Assembly (NCBI RefSeq): GCF_018977255.1
Contig: NW_024704743.1
Span: 55,988,001-56,052,000, forward strand
Length of the DNA stretch: 64,000 nucleotides
From: Callorhinchus milii
Lineage: Eukaryota
Reading direction: 5' to 3'
Within the stretch, counting starts at the first letter, position 1; every line of letters starts with the position of its first letter. Positions 62,700 to 64,000 of the stretch are shown here, one piece after another. Made by a program: the position numbers and the translations under genes. The notes below the pieces were generated by a model. That model was not told the DNA's origin and searched no databases. It saw only the letters and a program-made list of their open reading frames with translations.

Positions 62700-63585
62700 G
62701 TGTTGTGTAAAGGTCCTTCCACCACGCTGTAGGCAGATGTCCATCAAATAACTGTTGAGGGTATTTCGAGGCTTGAGGCAACAGATGCTTGAAGGTATGA
62801 CCTGGAGTCTGAGATTGTGAACACACATTTGTACATCCAGCACTTGAGATCCACCTTGACTGACCTCCAGAGAGGTAAACAGCTGCTGTTTAAATTCCAC
62901 ATTTCTAATTGGTGGAACCTTTGCTCAATGGGAAGGGACATGTGGCTGAGCTGCGGACAGGAAGATGGTGGTAATCCTCTTACACATTTCATGCTGAGCT
63001 CGGAAGGAGTTCCTGATACCCGCCATCCACCTAGTGAGGGCACAAACCCACACTTGTCAGATGTCAAATGAACAACTAGTAATTAGTCTACTGGGGGGAG
63101 GGGTAAGGCAAGCGGGGTCTTGTTGAAGCAGAACTGGCTCCAAGGTGACAGATTTGGCAAAGGAATGTCGGAATCAAGCCAACCCTCTGTGGCCATCTTG
63201 GTAAGCCAGCTCCTGAGCCAGGTCAGACAGGTCCATAGTACTCTAAGGCACTGCTGATGACAGTACAGCCAGGCCAGTCACTGGGGAAAGGGACTCTTCC
63301 TACTCAGCTCCTGTTAACCCTGCAAGCCAAAGCCAAACAGTTAGGATGGTCCTAGCTAGACAAGCAGTGGGAAAGCTTGACAGGCAGTGCTCTCGATGAC
63401 AAGCTTTTAGCTGGTTAGATTCCAGCAGTACCCCAATGCACACTCTTTGGTCCACAAGCCTTGGCTCTTGCCAACCTGCACTTATATTTTCTGAAATTTG
63501 GTAACGAGTGTGCATTTCATAAACATCTCTGGAATTTCCATATGGAAGTAAGATACATTGAACTCTCAGTTTGGTTTGGATTACC
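62700..63585 (+). mobile_element. Family X longest copy: decayed non-LTR ORF C-terminus plus long 3'UTR
   Basis: 63278-63585 matches the other family X copies; ORF 62817-63071 has GKQLLFKF..W(C)LSCG..LTHFMLS resembling a CCHC knuckle. Confidence 0.55.
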
Positions 63586-63853
63586 AAAAAATAATGGGCT
63601 GTTTTGATGCTGTAACAGTCTGGGAAATACTACATTTTTCCTCCAAAATTCCATTACTTTCAAAATATTACCTTTGAATCCAGCAAGGAATTTTGGGCCA
63701 AGAAAGCCTAATAGAAAGATTCAGATCTGCGTTACCAACACCACATGGTCAGGATGTTCCACACAGTTAGTGTTTGTGCTGTCTGATTATGACATAATCA
63801 ATTGCATAGTTACTAAATGATAAACAGTTTTGAAAATAACATCATGTCTTCAG

Positions 63854-63931
63854 GATGCTTAAAATTGGCAATATCATGGCACTTAGATTATGTGTGAATA
63901 TAATCAGGCTGAGAGGACAAATGAGACCATG
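63854..63931 (+). other. Candidate exon ending at ACCATG|GTAAGT
   Basis: Consensus donor at 63932, weak acceptor TCTTCAG at 63853, 78 nt. Confidence 0.3.
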
Positions 63932-64000
63932 GTAAGTACTGACACTCCATGCTTTTCTTATTGCATTGAATGAGCCAATATTCTCCAAGACTCGGCTCAC

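Noticed and set aside
1..64000. Prokaryotic-type systems (CRISPR, operons, defence islands) or endogenous virus
   Set aside because: No regularly spaced repeat-spacer array, no dense coding, and no gag, integrase, env or LTR signatures seen.

Overview
Eukaryotic, AT-rich and repeat-dense vertebrate DNA. The repeat content (Deu-domain tRNA-SINEs, CR1 and L2 LINEs, Penelope terminal repeats) points to a cartilaginous fish, probably a chimaera/elephant shark; this is inferred from recalled repeat families, not from a search. No intact host gene or intact autonomous element is recognisable. The long ORFs I can identify are decayed L2 or CR1 pieces (APE endonuclease, RT, CR1 ORF1 zinc finger and SGNH esterase); the rest look like antisense or chance frames. 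Roughly half the window is nested retroelements. The remainder is unique sequence with TF-motif clusters and a few candidate splice sites, consistent with a long intron or 5' region of a gene. The most notable items are: Penelope-type repeats carrying degenerate minimal hammerhead ribozyme motifs, one as a foldback with a target-site duplication; a five-copy repeat I do not recognise that looks like the 3' end of a CCHC-type non-LTR element; a SINE lineage whose 3' stem-loop loop matches the co-resident L2; two CR1 copies sharing an inactivating frameshift; a fully palindromic MITE family; and a 62/62 inverted templated insertion. I see no convincing wholly new biological system. Repeat boundaries are by eye (about +/-20 nt).
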